A stretch of 64,000 bases of DNA. Source: Synechococcus sp. Lineage in GTDB: Bacteria; Cyanobacteriota; Cyanobacteriia; Thermostichales; PCC-7336. The notes beneath the pieces are model-generated. The model saw nothing but the letters and a program-made list of their open reading frames with translations. It searched no databases and was not told the DNA's origin. Location: contig JBFRWD010000140.1 of assembly GCA_051439425.1 (NCBI GenBank), positions 26,309 to 90,308 on the forward strand. Direction: 5' to 3'. A program made the position numbers and the translations under genes. Below, in pieces: positions 10,363 through 21,286 of this stretch (position 1 is its first letter; each line of letters starts with the position of its first letter).

Positions 10363-10440
10363 CAGTGACCATACCACTGCGGACATTTCAGCGATGTCCA
10401 GCCCTGACTTAAATTGAATACATTTGTCCTAACTGAGATG
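10363..10440. repeat. Dispersed ~80-bp structured non-coding element, copy 2
   Basis: Same orientation and internal spacing as 1395-1472 (offset 8968 bp). Confidence 0.8.
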
Positions 10441-10871
10441 GCAAACACTATGATTTTCCAAAGGCGAAATTACATTGCGCCAGAAAAGAAAATATATTTT
10501 ATCTAAATTTACAATCAAAATCAAAATATTAGATGAGCTTTTCAGACTTTCTTGATGCTTTCATTCATGGCGTTTAATACCTTTAATTTGATGCATTGTA
10601 AAAATAATCCCCGGTAGCTTGGAGCCATAATCCCCATGACTAGTTCGCACAATCATCTATAGCTACTGGAACTATTACAATTACAATAAGCGTCGAAGAT
10701 TGAATGGCGGGTATCTAACGTGAAACTGCTGAACTCGAAAGTATTTTGGGAAATCGTCGGCTGGTGTTTGGTCTTGGGTGTGTTCTTATCACTTTCTGGT
10801 CTACACCTGCCTACCTAAAGCCGCGATCGCTGCCGTACTTGTCTTTTCCCCACTCGCCTTTCGCCCTACTC

Positions 10872-11906
10872 GTGCCCATCTCCAAATCTCTGGACGCCAT
10901 CCCCGGCAAATTCTACCTATTCGTCGCCACAATCATCTTTGCTGGCGCCAACGCCATCACCAGTAAGCTCATGCAGCTCGGGGCACGGCAAGCAGTCGAT
11001 GGCATCAACCCCATTTCTCTCTGCAATGTTCTGTTTGTGGGAAATGCCTGTGCATTGCTACTGCTAGTAGGACTCTATCGCCAACAACTGAGGCGATCGC
11101 TCTTCTCTCAACTCAGCTCCAAAGATTGGATCGTTATGGTGCTGGTGGCAATACTCTCCGGAGCACTGGCCCCCGCCCTCATCTTTGCCGCCCTCGATCT
11201 CACCTCCGTCAATAACGTCATCTTGCTCTCCCGCTTGGAGCCGCCCCTGGCGCTGATTCTGGCAATATCCGTACTCAAAGAGCGAGTCAATCGTTGGGTG
11301 GCTGCCGGAGCAGCAGTTTCTTTTGCTGGTGTCATAATCACGGTATTGCTGCAGCCTCCTACCGGGCCGATGATGGCTACCGGAGGTTTGCAGATTGGTA
11401 TCGGTGACGTAGCGGCAATGGTAGGGGCGATTGCTGCGGCTGTGGCCACCACTATTAGTAAAGCTAGCTTGCAGCGTGTCCCCCTCGGTCTATTCACCGT
11501 CTTTCGCACTGCTCTCGGTACCCTGATCTTCTTCATTGCTGCGATCGCCATATTCGGTGCCGAACATTTCGAGGGAATCGGAGTGCCGCTGGTATGGCAG
11601 TGGATGGTCATTTACGGAGCCGTGATTGTTGTTGGGGGACAACTGAGTTGGTTTGCCGGGCTGAGACGGGGAACGGCATCAGAAATTTCCCTGGCAAACT
11701 CCATCCATCCATTAGCCGGTATTGCTGCTGCATTCGCCATCTTGGGGGATGTCCCCACCTTTGGACAGTGGGTTGGGGGCGGGACAATCGCAGTTGGAAT
11801 TCTGCTCACTCAGATGGGAGTGATTCGCCAGCAGCACCCGTTGAGTCAGGAGAAATCGGGAAGTCTGAAAGAAGCAGACATCGATATGGGATTTAAGGGG
11901 ATTTGA
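10872..11906 (+). CDS. EamA/DMT family transporter
   Basis: About 10 hydrophobic segments in two repeats, LKERV motif. Start uncertain (GTG 10872 or TTG 10746). Confidence 0.85.
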   Translation: MPISKSLDAIPGKFYLFVATIIFAGANAITSKLMQLGARQAVDGINPISLCNVLFVGNACALLLLVGLYRQQLRRSLFSQLSSKDWIVMVLVAILSGALAPALIFAALDLTSVNNVILLSRLEPPLALILAISVLKERVNRWVAAGAAVSFAGVIITVLLQPPTGPMMATGGLQIGIGDVAAMVGAIAAAVATTISKASLQRVPLGLFTVFRTALGTLIFFIAAIAIFGAEHFEGIGVPLVWQWMVIYGAVIVVGGQLSWFAGLRRGTASEISLANSIHPLAGIAAAFAILGDVPTFGQWVGGGTIAVGILLTQMGVIRQQHPLSQEKSGSLKEADIDMGFKGI

Positions 11907-11953
11907 GGTTGCTGGGCGGTAATACAACCTGAGGGCGATCGAACTCAGGCCGA

Positions 11954-12101
11954 CTACGACAAATCAGCCAGTTCTGCATTGAGTTCGCGATATTCACTCC
12001 AATCAATGTTTTCCCAGCGCTCTTCATCCGCAAGAAGAGTTGCAACATTCTTGCTAATGCGTAAGGCTACCGTCAGCTTTTTAAGTACAGGAGAGGACGT
12101 C
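11954..12101 (-). pseudogene. Possible gene fragment (..LLADEERWENIDWSEYRELNAELADLS*)
   Basis: Protein-like 48-codon frame preceded by an in-frame stop; family not recognised. Confidence 0.25.
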
Positions 12102-12156
12102 TAAAATAATTGCTTCATACGCACTCAGAAGGCTTCGACTCCAAAATTCAGCCTGC

Positions 12157-13638
12157 TCAACGGACGAGTTCCATTCCTCTGTCAAATAGAGTGCGAGCGT
12201 AGTCCGTCCATGTGCCCTGCCCCCAATAGCGGAAGCAACTAGTTTGCAACAACAAATTGTAGAGCAATGACTGTTGATACTCTTCAGTTTGTGTGGCTTG
12301 TGGATTTGCCTGAACCTCTCGATCCCAGCGTTGGTGAAAGGCCGAACTGAGTTGATTCATCGGTTCCAAAACGTTTTCGTAGCCCTGGACCCAACTTAGA
12401 TCGTTTGTCCAAGAGGCTCCGTCCATATGGAATTGATGGTCGGATTGTTTCAACCGAGCGATCGCATCTTCCACTGCCTCCGGCGTCGCGGTCTCAGGCT
12501 CGATCGCATTCCAAATTTTGTGTTGACCGACGGCTTGGCACGCTGGATAGTCAGACACCACTACACCTGTCGCTTCTAGCAGTTCCAGATATTCGGTACC
12601 ATTCAAGCCTGCAATCTCGTCTCCACCATCCCGCAATTCGTACCAAACAGGTGGAAAATCGCGCGGAAACTCGTTCATCATGACTCCGCCGTTTTCCCCA
12701 TCTGCAATCTGAGTCACCAGTGACGGAACCTGCTTGCTGCCAAGTGACAGCCTTCCGTGTCCCTTTGCTTCGTGATAAGGCTGCATCTGGGCCACCAGCT
12801 TGGTGTCAGATCCTTGAGTTTTGATCAGAGCGGTAATGCTGACACTATCTCCTCTGGAATTACGAGCGATCAACCGGTTGGGAACGTACTTATCGTCACG
12901 ATCTAGAGGCGAACCATCTAGCCGCTCGACCGAATGTTCTTGCACCAGCAGCCAGCGATAGCCGCAGTCTTTCAATGCTTTGACATATTCAAACAGGGTG
13001 TCGGGATGATTGGGTAAATGCATCTCCGGTGGAGAAAAGCCTTTTACCCTGCCAAGTGCCTCCCATCCAAAAATGGCGGCAAAGTGATGCTGCCATGCCT
13101 GAATATGCAGCTTGATATCCGGAATGGGGGTAGAGGGGACAACCGCATGACTCCACATGGTGCCCAGCCATTCCACATGGGGCCAGTATTGGCGATCGCA
13201 AGTAATCCTGGACAACGCATCCAGCACATCATTCCGCTCCATTTGCCGCAACCCCCACAGCAAATTGCCCGAGTAATCCAGCATGATGCGAGGGCTACAG
13301 CCATTGGCGACTAACTCGGGAATAAATTCCCCCATGCGGCTATAGCACCAGGCAAAAGTGCCAGCGTTGTGGTTGTCTCCATCGTGAGGATGGTCGAACA
13401 TGTGCTGCAAATTGCTAATGGGCTCGCCGTGGTTCCCTGCAGGGATAGTTGGCTGGTGCATGTGGAGGGCACAGGCAAACCCCGCCTGCAAGCGATCGAA
13501 GGAGACGGAAGAGTTAGGACGCCACAGTGATTCCTGCCGCCGAACAACTTCGGCCACCTCAGTTTCCCAGCCGCATAGATTTGGAAAATTGGAGCGCAAT
13601 TCTGGAAGTTGAAACGTTGAAGTCGATGTGGCTACCAT
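12157..13638 (-). CDS. Glycoside hydrolase family 57-like protein
   Basis: LHMHQP, GFSPPEM (nucleophile-like), ADGENG (acid/base-like) and QTSCFRYW match GH57 conserved regions; divergent from glgA. Confidence 0.75.
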   Translation of the reverse strand: MVATSTSTFQLPELRSNFPNLCGWETEVAEVVRRQESLWRPNSSVSFDRLQAGFACALHMHQPTIPAGNHGEPISNLQHMFDHPHDGDNHNAGTFAWCYSRMGEFIPELVANGCSPRIMLDYSGNLLWGLRQMERNDVLDALSRITCDRQYWPHVEWLGTMWSHAVVPSTPIPDIKLHIQAWQHHFAAIFGWEALGRVKGFSPPEMHLPNHPDTLFEYVKALKDCGYRWLLVQEHSVERLDGSPLDRDDKYVPNRLIARNSRGDSVSITALIKTQGSDTKLVAQMQPYHEAKGHGRLSLGSKQVPSLVTQIADGENGGVMMNEFPRDFPPVWYELRDGGDEIAGLNGTEYLELLEATGVVVSDYPACQAVGQHKIWNAIEPETATPEAVEDAIARLKQSDHQFHMDGASWTNDLSWVQGYENVLEPMNQLSSAFHQRWDREVQANPQATQTEEYQQSLLYNLLLQTSCFRYWGQGTWTDYARTLFDRGMELVR

Positions 13639-13790
13639 GCTTACTCCTGAATTCTGTGCCGACTGTTTGGGTGACAGCTGGAGCTGGTTGTCACCATTGA
13701 AAGTGCAGGGATGGCAGACGGGGCATTAATTTTTGCTTGACTGAACTGCGGAAAATGAACTTCTATGAAGGCGTGTGTCAAGGATGATTT

Positions 13791-15266
13791 ATGTACATCG
13801 TTCAGATTGCATCGGAATGCGCACCGGTCATTAAAGCGGGAGGACTGGGCGATGTTGTATACGGCCTCAGCCGCGAGCTGGATATGCGCGGCCACACGGT
13901 GGAATTGATTCTGCCGAAATACGATTGCATGCGCTACGACCACATCTGGGGATTGCACGATGCCTACAAAGATCTGTGGGTGCCCTGGTTTGGTGGCGCC
14001 ATCCATTGTTCGGTGTATTGCGGATGGGTGCACGGCCAAGTGTGCTTTTTCATCGAGCCCCATTCAGATGACTTTTACTTCGATCGCGGTCACTACTACG
14101 GCAGTGATGACGATCCGATGCGGTTTGCCTTTTTTAGCAAAGCAGCCCTAGAGTTTTTACTGCGCAGCAACAAGCGGCCTGACATCATCCACTGTCACGA
14201 CTGGCAAACCGGCCTCGTTCCGGTATTGCTGTACGAGATCTATCAATATCAGGGGATGAATACGGAGCGTGTCTGCTACACCATCCATAACTTCAAGCAT
14301 CAAGGAATTGCCGGAACGAAAACGTTGTGGGCCACCGGACTCAATCGAGAATCCTATTACTTCCATCCCGACCGCCTACAAGACAACTTCAACCCCTTTG
14401 CCATCAACTACATGAAAGGGGGGATTGTGTACTCGAACCACGTCACTACGGTGTCTCCCCATCACGCCTGGGAAGCGCGCGAAACGGACATTGGCTGTGG
14501 ATTGGGACACACCCTCCACGTGCACCAGGATAAGTTCAGTGGGGTACTTAACGGTATCAATTACGATTTCTGGAATCCTGAAGTGGATACACAGATTCCC
14601 CATCACTTCACCCCCAAGGATTTAAGCGGAAAAGCTCTTGATAAGAAGGCACTCCGCGATCGCCTACTTCTTCAAGACAACAACAAGCCCATCATCTGCT
14701 TCATCGGTCGCCTTGACCGACAGAAGGGGGTTCACCTCGTTCATCACTCTATCTATTACTCGCTATTTAAAAACGCTCAGTTCGTTCTGTTGGGCTCCGC
14801 GACAGAGCAAAGCATCAATGACCATTTCTGGGCAGAAAAACACCATCTCAACAACAATCCTAACGCCCACCTAGAGATTGCCTTTGATGCCGAATTGGCC
14901 CATTTAATCTACGCAGGCTCGGACATTATTGTGGTGCCCAGCAATTTTGAGCCCTGCGGTTTGACCCAGATGATTGGCCTCAAATACGGCACGGTACCGG
15001 TGGTTCGCGGCGTAGGCGGATTGGTCAATACGGTCTTCGATCGCGATTTCGACCCCAACAAGTCTGTAGAAGAGCGCAATGGATTCGTCTTCTACCAGGC
15101 TGATTACAGCGCATTGGAGTCTGCATTGGGACGGGCGATCGACTTGTATTATCAGAAGCCTGATGACTTCAGGCAGCTTGCCTTACAGGGGATGGAGTAC
15201 GACTACTCTTGGAATTTGCCGGGGGGTCAGTACGTTGAGATTTACGAGTCAATTTGTCATAAGTAG
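13791..15266 (+). CDS. glgA: Glycogen synthase
   Basis: KAGGLGDV, IHCHDWQ, RLDRQKG, PSNFEPCGLTQ. Confidence 0.97.
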   Translation: MYIVQIASECAPVIKAGGLGDVVYGLSRELDMRGHTVELILPKYDCMRYDHIWGLHDAYKDLWVPWFGGAIHCSVYCGWVHGQVCFFIEPHSDDFYFDRGHYYGSDDDPMRFAFFSKAALEFLLRSNKRPDIIHCHDWQTGLVPVLLYEIYQYQGMNTERVCYTIHNFKHQGIAGTKTLWATGLNRESYYFHPDRLQDNFNPFAINYMKGGIVYSNHVTTVSPHHAWEARETDIGCGLGHTLHVHQDKFSGVLNGINYDFWNPEVDTQIPHHFTPKDLSGKALDKKALRDRLLLQDNNKPIICFIGRLDRQKGVHLVHHSIYYSLFKNAQFVLLGSATEQSINDHFWAEKHHLNNNPNAHLEIAFDAELAHLIYAGSDIIVVPSNFEPCGLTQMIGLKYGTVPVVRGVGGLVNTVFDRDFDPNKSVEERNGFVFYQADYSALESALGRAIDLYYQKPDDFRQLALQGMEYDYSWNLPGGQYVEIYESICHK

Positions 15267-15463
15267 TTGTCCGCTCTCGAAATGGGCTTGATAAAGGGCT
15301 GAGATCGCCGATGGAGAAGCGTCCGTTTGGCCATGGGGAGCGGCCACAGCGTGAGATAATGTCACCTTAAGTCACTGCCCAATGCAGACCCATTGCGGCT
15401 AGTGAATCAGGGTTGCGATAGCATGACCCCTGTGGAATCTATTTCGATTGAGTCTTGAGGACT

Positions 15464-16363
15464 ATGACGTTGGCTGTCGATGCCTTTAACCTGACGGAGT
15501 ACCTGGCCGAGCGACGAACTCTGGTTGAGGATGCACTGGCAACAGCCGTGCCGATGGCCTTTCCCGAAACTCTCTACGAGTCAATGCGCTACAGCTTGAT
15601 GGCAGGCGGTAAGCGCTTGCGCCCAATTCTGTGCCTGGCCTCCGGTGAAATGTTGGGGGGGACTGCGGAGCAGTTGATGCCCACCGCCTGCGCTCTAGAA
15701 ATGATTCATACGATGTCGTTAATTCACGACGATCTTCCGGCGATGGATAACGATGATTTTCGCCGGGGTAAGCCCACAAACCACAAAGTGTATGGAGATG
15801 ACATCGCGATTTTGGCTGGAGATGCCCTGTTGGCCTATTCGTACGAAATCGTGGCCGAACGCACCCAAAATGTCGATCCCGTTCGGGTTTTGAATGTGGT
15901 CGGTCGGTTGGGGCGAGCTGTCGCTGCTGAAGGGTTGGTCGGGGGGCAAGTGGTTGACCTGCAATCGGAAGGAAAGCAAGTCACTTTAGAAACCTTAGAA
16001 TTTATTCACGCTCACAAGACTGGGGCACTGCTGGAAGTCTCTGTTGTATCTGGAGCGATTTTGGCAGGGGCAGATGACGAGACGGTCGATCGCCTGACAA
16101 AATATTCTCGCGATATCGGTCTGGCCTTCCAGGTGGTGGATGACATTTTGGATGTGACCGCCACTAGCGAACAGTTGGGCAAAACGGCGGGCAAAGATTT
16201 ATTGGCAGAAAAGGCGACTTATCCCAGCCTGCTGGGTTTGGATGGGGCACGGCAGAAGGCCGCCGACCTGATCGCCCATGCCAAAGACATTGTGAGCCCT
16301 TATGGCGATCGCGCCATGCCACTTAAGGCGATCGCCGACTACATAGCCAACCGCACCCACTAA
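15464..16363 (+). CDS. crtE: Geranylgeranyl diphosphate synthase
   Basis: [21 protein letters not shown] (FARM), FQVVDDILD (SARM), KATYP. Confidence 0.95.
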   Translation: MTLAVDAFNLTEYLAERRTLVEDALATAVPMAFPETLYESMRYSLMAGGKRLRPILCLASGEMLGGTAEQLMPTACALEMIHTMSLIHDDLPAMDNDDFRRGKPTNHKVYGDDIAILAGDALLAYSYEIVAERTQNVDPVRVLNVVGRLGRAVAAEGLVGGQVVDLQSEGKQVTLETLEFIHAHKTGALLEVSVVSGAILAGADDETVDRLTKYSRDIGLAFQVVDDILDVTATSEQLGKTAGKDLLAEKATYPSLLGLDGARQKAADLIAHAKDIVSPYGDRAMPLKAIADYIANRTH

Positions 16364-16374
16364 GTCGCAGGAGG

Positions 16375-16833
16375 ATGATGGTGCAGGAGTTGTTGGACAA
16401 CCATTTACTGTGGATGGCTCTATTATCAAGCTTGTTAGCCCAAGGGTTAAAGCTGATCGTTCGATACTTTGAGTCCAAGCGGATTGACTTTCACGTACTG
16501 GTGGAAACCGGGGGAATGCCCAGTTCTCATGCCGCCTTAGTCTCGGCATTGTCTACCGGTATTGGCTTGCAGGAGGGTTGGAGCAGCCCCTTGTTTGCGG
16601 CTTCGGTCGTATTTGCATTTATCGTGATGTACGACGCAGCAGGGATTCGGCAAGCGGCAGGCAAGCAAGCCAGAGTACTCAATCAGATGGTCGACGAGCT
16701 GTTTGGAGAAAAGCATCGATTTAGCGAAGAAAAGCTCAAAGAACTTCTAGGACATACGCCGATTCAAGTGATTGCTGGCGCGGTATTGGGGTCTATATTT
16801 GCCTGCGCATCATTAAATGTCTGGGCTCTCTAA
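16375..16833 (+). CDS. Divergent PAP2 family (DUF212) membrane protein
   Basis: GGMPSSH, VMYDAAGIR, LGHTP; usual crtE neighbour. Confidence 0.92.
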   Translation: MMVQELLDNHLLWMALLSSLLAQGLKLIVRYFESKRIDFHVLVETGGMPSSHAALVSALSTGIGLQEGWSSPLFAASVVFAFIVMYDAAGIRQAAGKQARVLNQMVDELFGEKHRFSEEKLKELLGHTPIQVIAGAVLGSIFACASLNVWAL

Positions 16834-17599
16834 CCTTCTTCAACGCATGAATAAAGTGAATAAAGCAATAGCGCAGCTCGCTTTTGCTGCCATTCCGTAA
16901 GGCCAGAAGAATTCTACAGTGGGAAGGATTATTCTTCCTCCGCATTCTTAATAGCCTTTGGCAATCAGCCCTGGAGAGTTATTTAGGTCTTTATTCCTGG
17001 CCAATCAAGGCTTTGAGCTGTCTTTATACTCCAGACCTTATAGCGGATTGTCGTAGTCTACATAAGTGCTAAAAATCAACCCCCAGCATAGAGTGCTTGC
17101 CCTACTGTCGTTCCCCATAAATTGAGACGCCTGATTAGAAGCCCTAAGAACGCAATTCCTTTGCTGACAAGATATATTCATTATCTGCATACAAGATGGC
17201 GTTGTCTGCAAGACTCCCTATTACCTATTCGTCAGTTCGCTCGTCCGATACGTCCAAGTTCTCTCAAACTTCCTGGGGAAGAAAACCTTTTTAGAAATAG
17301 GTCCTGAATTCTTTGACACTTTGATCGCGAAGTCACTGCAAAGCATTGTGCTAGGCCTATACAGGTGTTTCATTCTTACTGGTGTTCTTGATTTTTTATA
17401 TTGAAGTCCGATAACTTTTATCTCGACATTCGGGCGATCTTGTAAAGGGAGAGCCACTTTAGCAGAACTGAGTATACTCTGAATATGGTGCTAAATCTGA
17501 AGTACAGTAAACTGGCGGCATTTTATCCGTACAGGTTGTCTCTTCAGTTTTGATTGTTCAAGTACAGTTACGGGAAGGACGCATACATCCGAATTCATT

Positions 17600-17926
17600 A
17601 TGGTAGAGCTGCGCATTATCAACAATTTCGATACAAGTTTCACCTTAGAACCTGACTCGCAGAAGTTGCTGTTTAGCTTGTTGGAAAGCGACAGTTTTCT
17701 TGGTCAAGTGGCGGGACAGATTGAAGCCCAGAAAGTTCAGTTCACGGGTATCTTATTCCAGCCATTGCCTCAGGTTTCTGCGGCCCCCCGCAATATGTCG
17801 CCGGAGGTGGAAGAGTATTTCACTTCAAATCAGTACGCAATTGTTGATATCCCGCCTGCATTTTTGTTTAAAGCGCGGATTTCAAATCCCAAACATCTGT
17901 GTGCTATTTTTCACCGGCTGAAATGA
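17600..17926 (+). CDS. Hypothetical protein, 108 aa
   Basis: ATG-initiated ORF with normal composition, isolated in a long intergenic region; no motif recognised. Confidence 0.65.
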   Translation: MVELRIINNFDTSFTLEPDSQKLLFSLLESDSFLGQVAGQIEAQKVQFTGILFQPLPQVSAAPRNMSPEVEEYFTSNQYAIVDIPPAFLFKARISNPKHLCAIFHRLK

Positions 17927-18215
17927 GCACTGCTTTTGTCGGCAAGTTTTTCTGCGCGCTCTTTTTCTGCAGTGCTTAGCCCTCTTCTGAATCAGAATCA
18001 CTCGGGGCTGGCTAGGCTGACTCTATAGTGAAGACGAAACGCGATTGTGACGCAGTGACATTCTCTATGTATCCGCTCAGGACCGTTCTTGGGCGAAGTC
18101 TTGATATCTGAAAAGTGCCTCACTTCGCAGTGAATATGCACTTCAGGATAATCGAGAAACCCGTATGGCGGTGGGATAACCGCTACTAATTGCCACGTGC
18201 ACAATTGCTAATTAA

Positions 18216-19796
18216 TTAGTTAAGTGTCAACTTCAGGGAGCTGGGTATCCCCCACTGGCCCTCCAGCAAGCGAATCCGCCCATTAGCCGCGAGGTGGCGA
18301 GTGATTTGGTAAACGTTCTCCACTCGGTTTCCTTCCCCGATTCGTTCGGCTAATTCTGATAAGCTTGCGGGTCGGTCTTTCAGACTAGCAAGAACTTTGA
18401 GTTGCAACTCGAGAATACTGGAGGCTGCTTTCTTCCCAGCTTCTACTCCCGGCTGGTGGTAGGCATTGATATTGATTAGAGACGCGTACAAACCTACAGC
18501 TCGTTCGTATAGCGCAATCAATGCTCCCACCGATTGCTCGTCTACCCGAGGCAAGGTGACAGCGATTGAGTCGCGATCGTTTTCGTAGAGCGCTTGCCGG
18601 GTACCGAGGAAGAACCCTTCCAGATAATCGCCGGAGGTAACACCAGGCTCCAATTCGGGGGAGGGCCGATCTCGATCCTGCAAAACTTCGATAAAGGTGG
18701 CGAAGAAATTGTTCACCCCATCCCGCAACTGCTGAACGTAAGCATGTTGGTCGGTCGATCCTTTATTGCCGTATACCGCCAACCCTTGATTGACGATCGC
18801 CCCCGACAAATCTTCTGCCTTCCCCAACGATTCCATCACTAACTGTTGCAAGTAACGGCTGAACAACATCAGTCGATCTTTGTAAGGAAGAACCACCATA
18901 TCTTTGCTGCCCCTGCCATCGCTCAACCAATACCAGCAGGCCGCTAGCAACGCGGCTGGATTGGCCCGTAAATCTGGCTTGCGAGTTGCCCGATCCATAA
19001 GTTTGGCACCGGTTAATAAAGCACGAATATCGACTCCTTGCAGCGCTGCGGGGACTAACCCAACGGCGGAGAACTCGGAGGTCCGTCCACCCACCCAGTC
19101 ATCCATGGGGAATGTCGTTAACCAGCCTTCGGACTTTGCTTGGTTGTCTAGTCTGCTCCCTTCGCCAGTAATGGCCACTGCGTGGGCAGCAAACTCCAAT
19201 CCCGCATTGGCAAATACAGCCTGGACTTCCTGCATTCCATTGCGAGGCTCTGGGGTACCGCCGGATTTTGATGTCACGGTCACCAACGTAGTGCTCAGCC
19301 GCTCGCCCAGTAGGGCTAGAACCCGATCGATGCCATCGGGATCGGTATTGTCAATAAAGTGAATGGCTAGAGGCGGGCGCTCGGGGGCTAAGGCCGAGGC
19401 GACGAATTGAGGGCCAAGGGCAGAGCCGCCAATGCCGATCGCCAGCAAATCCGTAAACTTTCCACCGGTGGGCGGAAAGATTTTACCGGCGTGAATGTCG
19501 GCCGCGAACGCTTCAATGCGATCGAGGGTGGCGGTAATGCTTTGGGTCAGCTCTGGCTTAGGAGCCAACTCGGGGGCCCGCAGCCAATAATGACCCACCA
19601 TGCGGTGCTCGTCCGGATTGGCAATGGCACCACTTTCCAATGCCTGCATGTCCTCGAAGGCTTGCGCAAACTTCGGTTCTATTTCGGCAATAAAACTATC
19701 CGTGAAGCGAACTCGACTGATATCGAGGTAAATCCCCAACTCGGCGTTGAAGTAGAGCCACTGTTGGTAGCGCTGCCAAAGCTCTGCTGGCGTCAT
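18216..19796 (-). CDS. pgi: Glucose-6-phosphate isomerase
   Basis: [43 protein letters not shown]. Confidence 0.97.
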   Translation of the reverse strand: MTPAELWQRYQQWLYFNAELGIYLDISRVRFTDSFIAEIEPKFAQAFEDMQALESGAIANPDEHRMVGHYWLRAPELAPKPELTQSITATLDRIEAFAADIHAGKIFPPTGGKFTDLLAIGIGGSALGPQFVASALAPERPPLAIHFIDNTDPDGIDRVLALLGERLSTTLVTVTSKSGGTPEPRNGMQEVQAVFANAGLEFAAHAVAITGEGSRLDNQAKSEGWLTTFPMDDWVGGRTSEFSAVGLVPAALQGVDIRALLTGAKLMDRATRKPDLRANPAALLAACWYWLSDGRGSKDMVVLPYKDRLMLFSRYLQQLVMESLGKAEDLSGAIVNQGLAVYGNKGSTDQHAYVQQLRDGVNNFFATFIEVLQDRDRPSPELEPGVTSGDYLEGFFLGTRQALYENDRDSIAVTLPRVDEQSVGALIALYERAVGLYASLININAYHQPGVEAGKKAASSILELQLKVLASLKDRPASLSELAERIGEGNRVENVYQITRHLAANGRIRLLEGQWGIPSSLKLTLN

Positions 19797-19907
19797 GGAA
19801 TCTACTGCCTTGCTGCTGACGGGTCACCAAAAAGGCTAACGCAAAACCGACAGAGGGACGTTAAAACTAAATATGGTAATGCCTGAATTTTAAGGATTTC
19901 TGCTGCT

Positions 19908-20189
19908 ATGGCCGATCCCATCACCCCTGCAATCAGCGATCGCATCTGTAAGCACATGAACGAAGATCATGCTGAGGCGGTGGCCCTATACGCAACGGCT
20001 TACGGTGGCTTGAGCAATGTCACAGCCGCCCAAATGAAGGCGATCGATCCTGAAGGCATGGACTTAATGGCTAACGTGGATGGAGCCGAAACCTCCGTAC
20101 GAGTCACATTCGAGCATCAGTTGCAAGATTCCGAAGATGCCCATCAAACCTTGATTGCAATGGTTCGGCAGGCACGCGCTCAGACGTAA
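19908..20189 (+). CDS. DUF2470 (Dri1-like) heme-binding protein
   Basis: SDRICKHMNEDH..IDPEGMDL..DAH; His16, His21 and His79 present. Confidence 0.88.
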   Translation: MADPITPAISDRICKHMNEDHAEAVALYATAYGGLSNVTAAQMKAIDPEGMDLMANVDGAETSVRVTFEHQLQDSEDAHQTLIAMVRQARAQT

Positions 20190-20453
20190 GCCCCATCAAT
20201 CGCTTAAACCATCCGTTTGGAGTCTTCTTGAGGTGCCTGAAAATTGGGTTTCGAAACTTTAAGATTATTAACGGGCACTCTGTCGGGCTGGACTTATTCT
20301 AAGTAAAGGTTAAAACTCAACAGTGCGATCGCTCCAAGAGTGTGCGTTTTTGCTCGCACGACTGGGGGTGTTTCCCGTTGTTGGCGATCGTCTTTATTAC
20401 TTGTCTTGAAACCTCGATAAACATCCTTTTTGCATCAAAGCTTAGGAGGCCCA

Positions 20454-21182
20454 GTGAGTCATCAGTTAGCGACCTTACTGAAGGAAGGGACGAAAGAGTC
20501 TCATACGATGGCGGAAAATGTCGGATTTATTAAAAGCTTTTTGGGGGGATTGGTTGAGAAGAGTTCCTACCGCAAGCTAGTCGGAAACTTTTACTTCGTT
20601 TACTCTGCAATTGAGCAGGAATTCGAACGCCATAAAGACCATCCGGTACTCAGCAAGCTCTATTATCCCGAACTGTGGAGAACCCATACGCTTGAAGAAG
20701 ATTTGGCGTTCTACTACGGCAAAAATTGGCGCTCTGAAGTCAAAGCATCCCCTGCGTGCGAAGAGTACGTGAAGCGCCTCAAGGTTGTATCTGACGAGCA
20801 GCCCGAGTTGCTGGTTGCTCACGCTTATACCCGTTATCTAGGAGATTTGTCGGGCGGTCAGATTCTGAAAAATATCGCGAAAAATGCGATGGGTCTTGAG
20901 GATGGTGCTGGTTTGAGCTTCTACGAGTTTGAGAGCATTAAGAATCCCGGCAAGTTCAAGAACATGTATCGTGCGGCAATGGACAGCCTGCCTGTCAGCG
21001 AACAGATGGCTGAGAGCATTGTTGATGAAGCCAACCTCAGCTTCCACATGAATATGAAGATGTTCCAAGAGCTAGAAGGCAACTGGTTTATCGGTCTCAT
21101 GCGCCTCACGTTAAACGCTTTGCGGGCCAAGTTGCAATCCATGTTCGGTGCCTCTGAAAAACCAGCATCTCAAGTTGGCTAG
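20454..21182 (+). CDS. ho1: Heme oxygenase (biliverdin-forming)
   Basis: LKEGTKESHTMAEN, AHAYTRYLGDLSGGQIL. GTG start follows AGGAGG at 20444-20449. Confidence 0.95.
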   Translation: MSHQLATLLKEGTKESHTMAENVGFIKSFLGGLVEKSSYRKLVGNFYFVYSAIEQEFERHKDHPVLSKLYYPELWRTHTLEEDLAFYYGKNWRSEVKASPACEEYVKRLKVVSDEQPELLVAHAYTRYLGDLSGGQILKNIAKNAMGLEDGAGLSFYEFESIKNPGKFKNMYRAAMDSLPVSEQMAESIVDEANLSFHMNMKMFQELEGNWFIGLMRLTLNALRAKLQSMFGASEKPASQVG

Positions 21183-21259
21183 TTGGAGTTGGCTCCAACC
21201 CTAGTTCCTCTGTTCTTCCTGTAGTCATCCTGTAGTCATCCTGGTGATGAATTACGTCT

Positions 21260-21286
21260 AGCCCCGACATCTGTCGGGGCTTTTTT
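21260..21286 (+). terminator. Intrinsic terminator after heme oxygenase
   Basis: AGCCCCGACA-TC-TGTCGGGGCT stem followed by a T run. Confidence 0.85.

Noticed and set aside
10135..10386. 83-aa minus-strand ORF starting inside the repeated element (MSAVVWSLL..)
   Set aside because: The equivalent frame in copy 1 stops after 9 codons, and the composition looks non-coding.
1395..10440. The 9-kb segment between the two element copies as an excisable mobile unit
   Set aside because: It contains core genes (hrcA, ppk, era) and no recombinase, and the copies are only ~72% identical.
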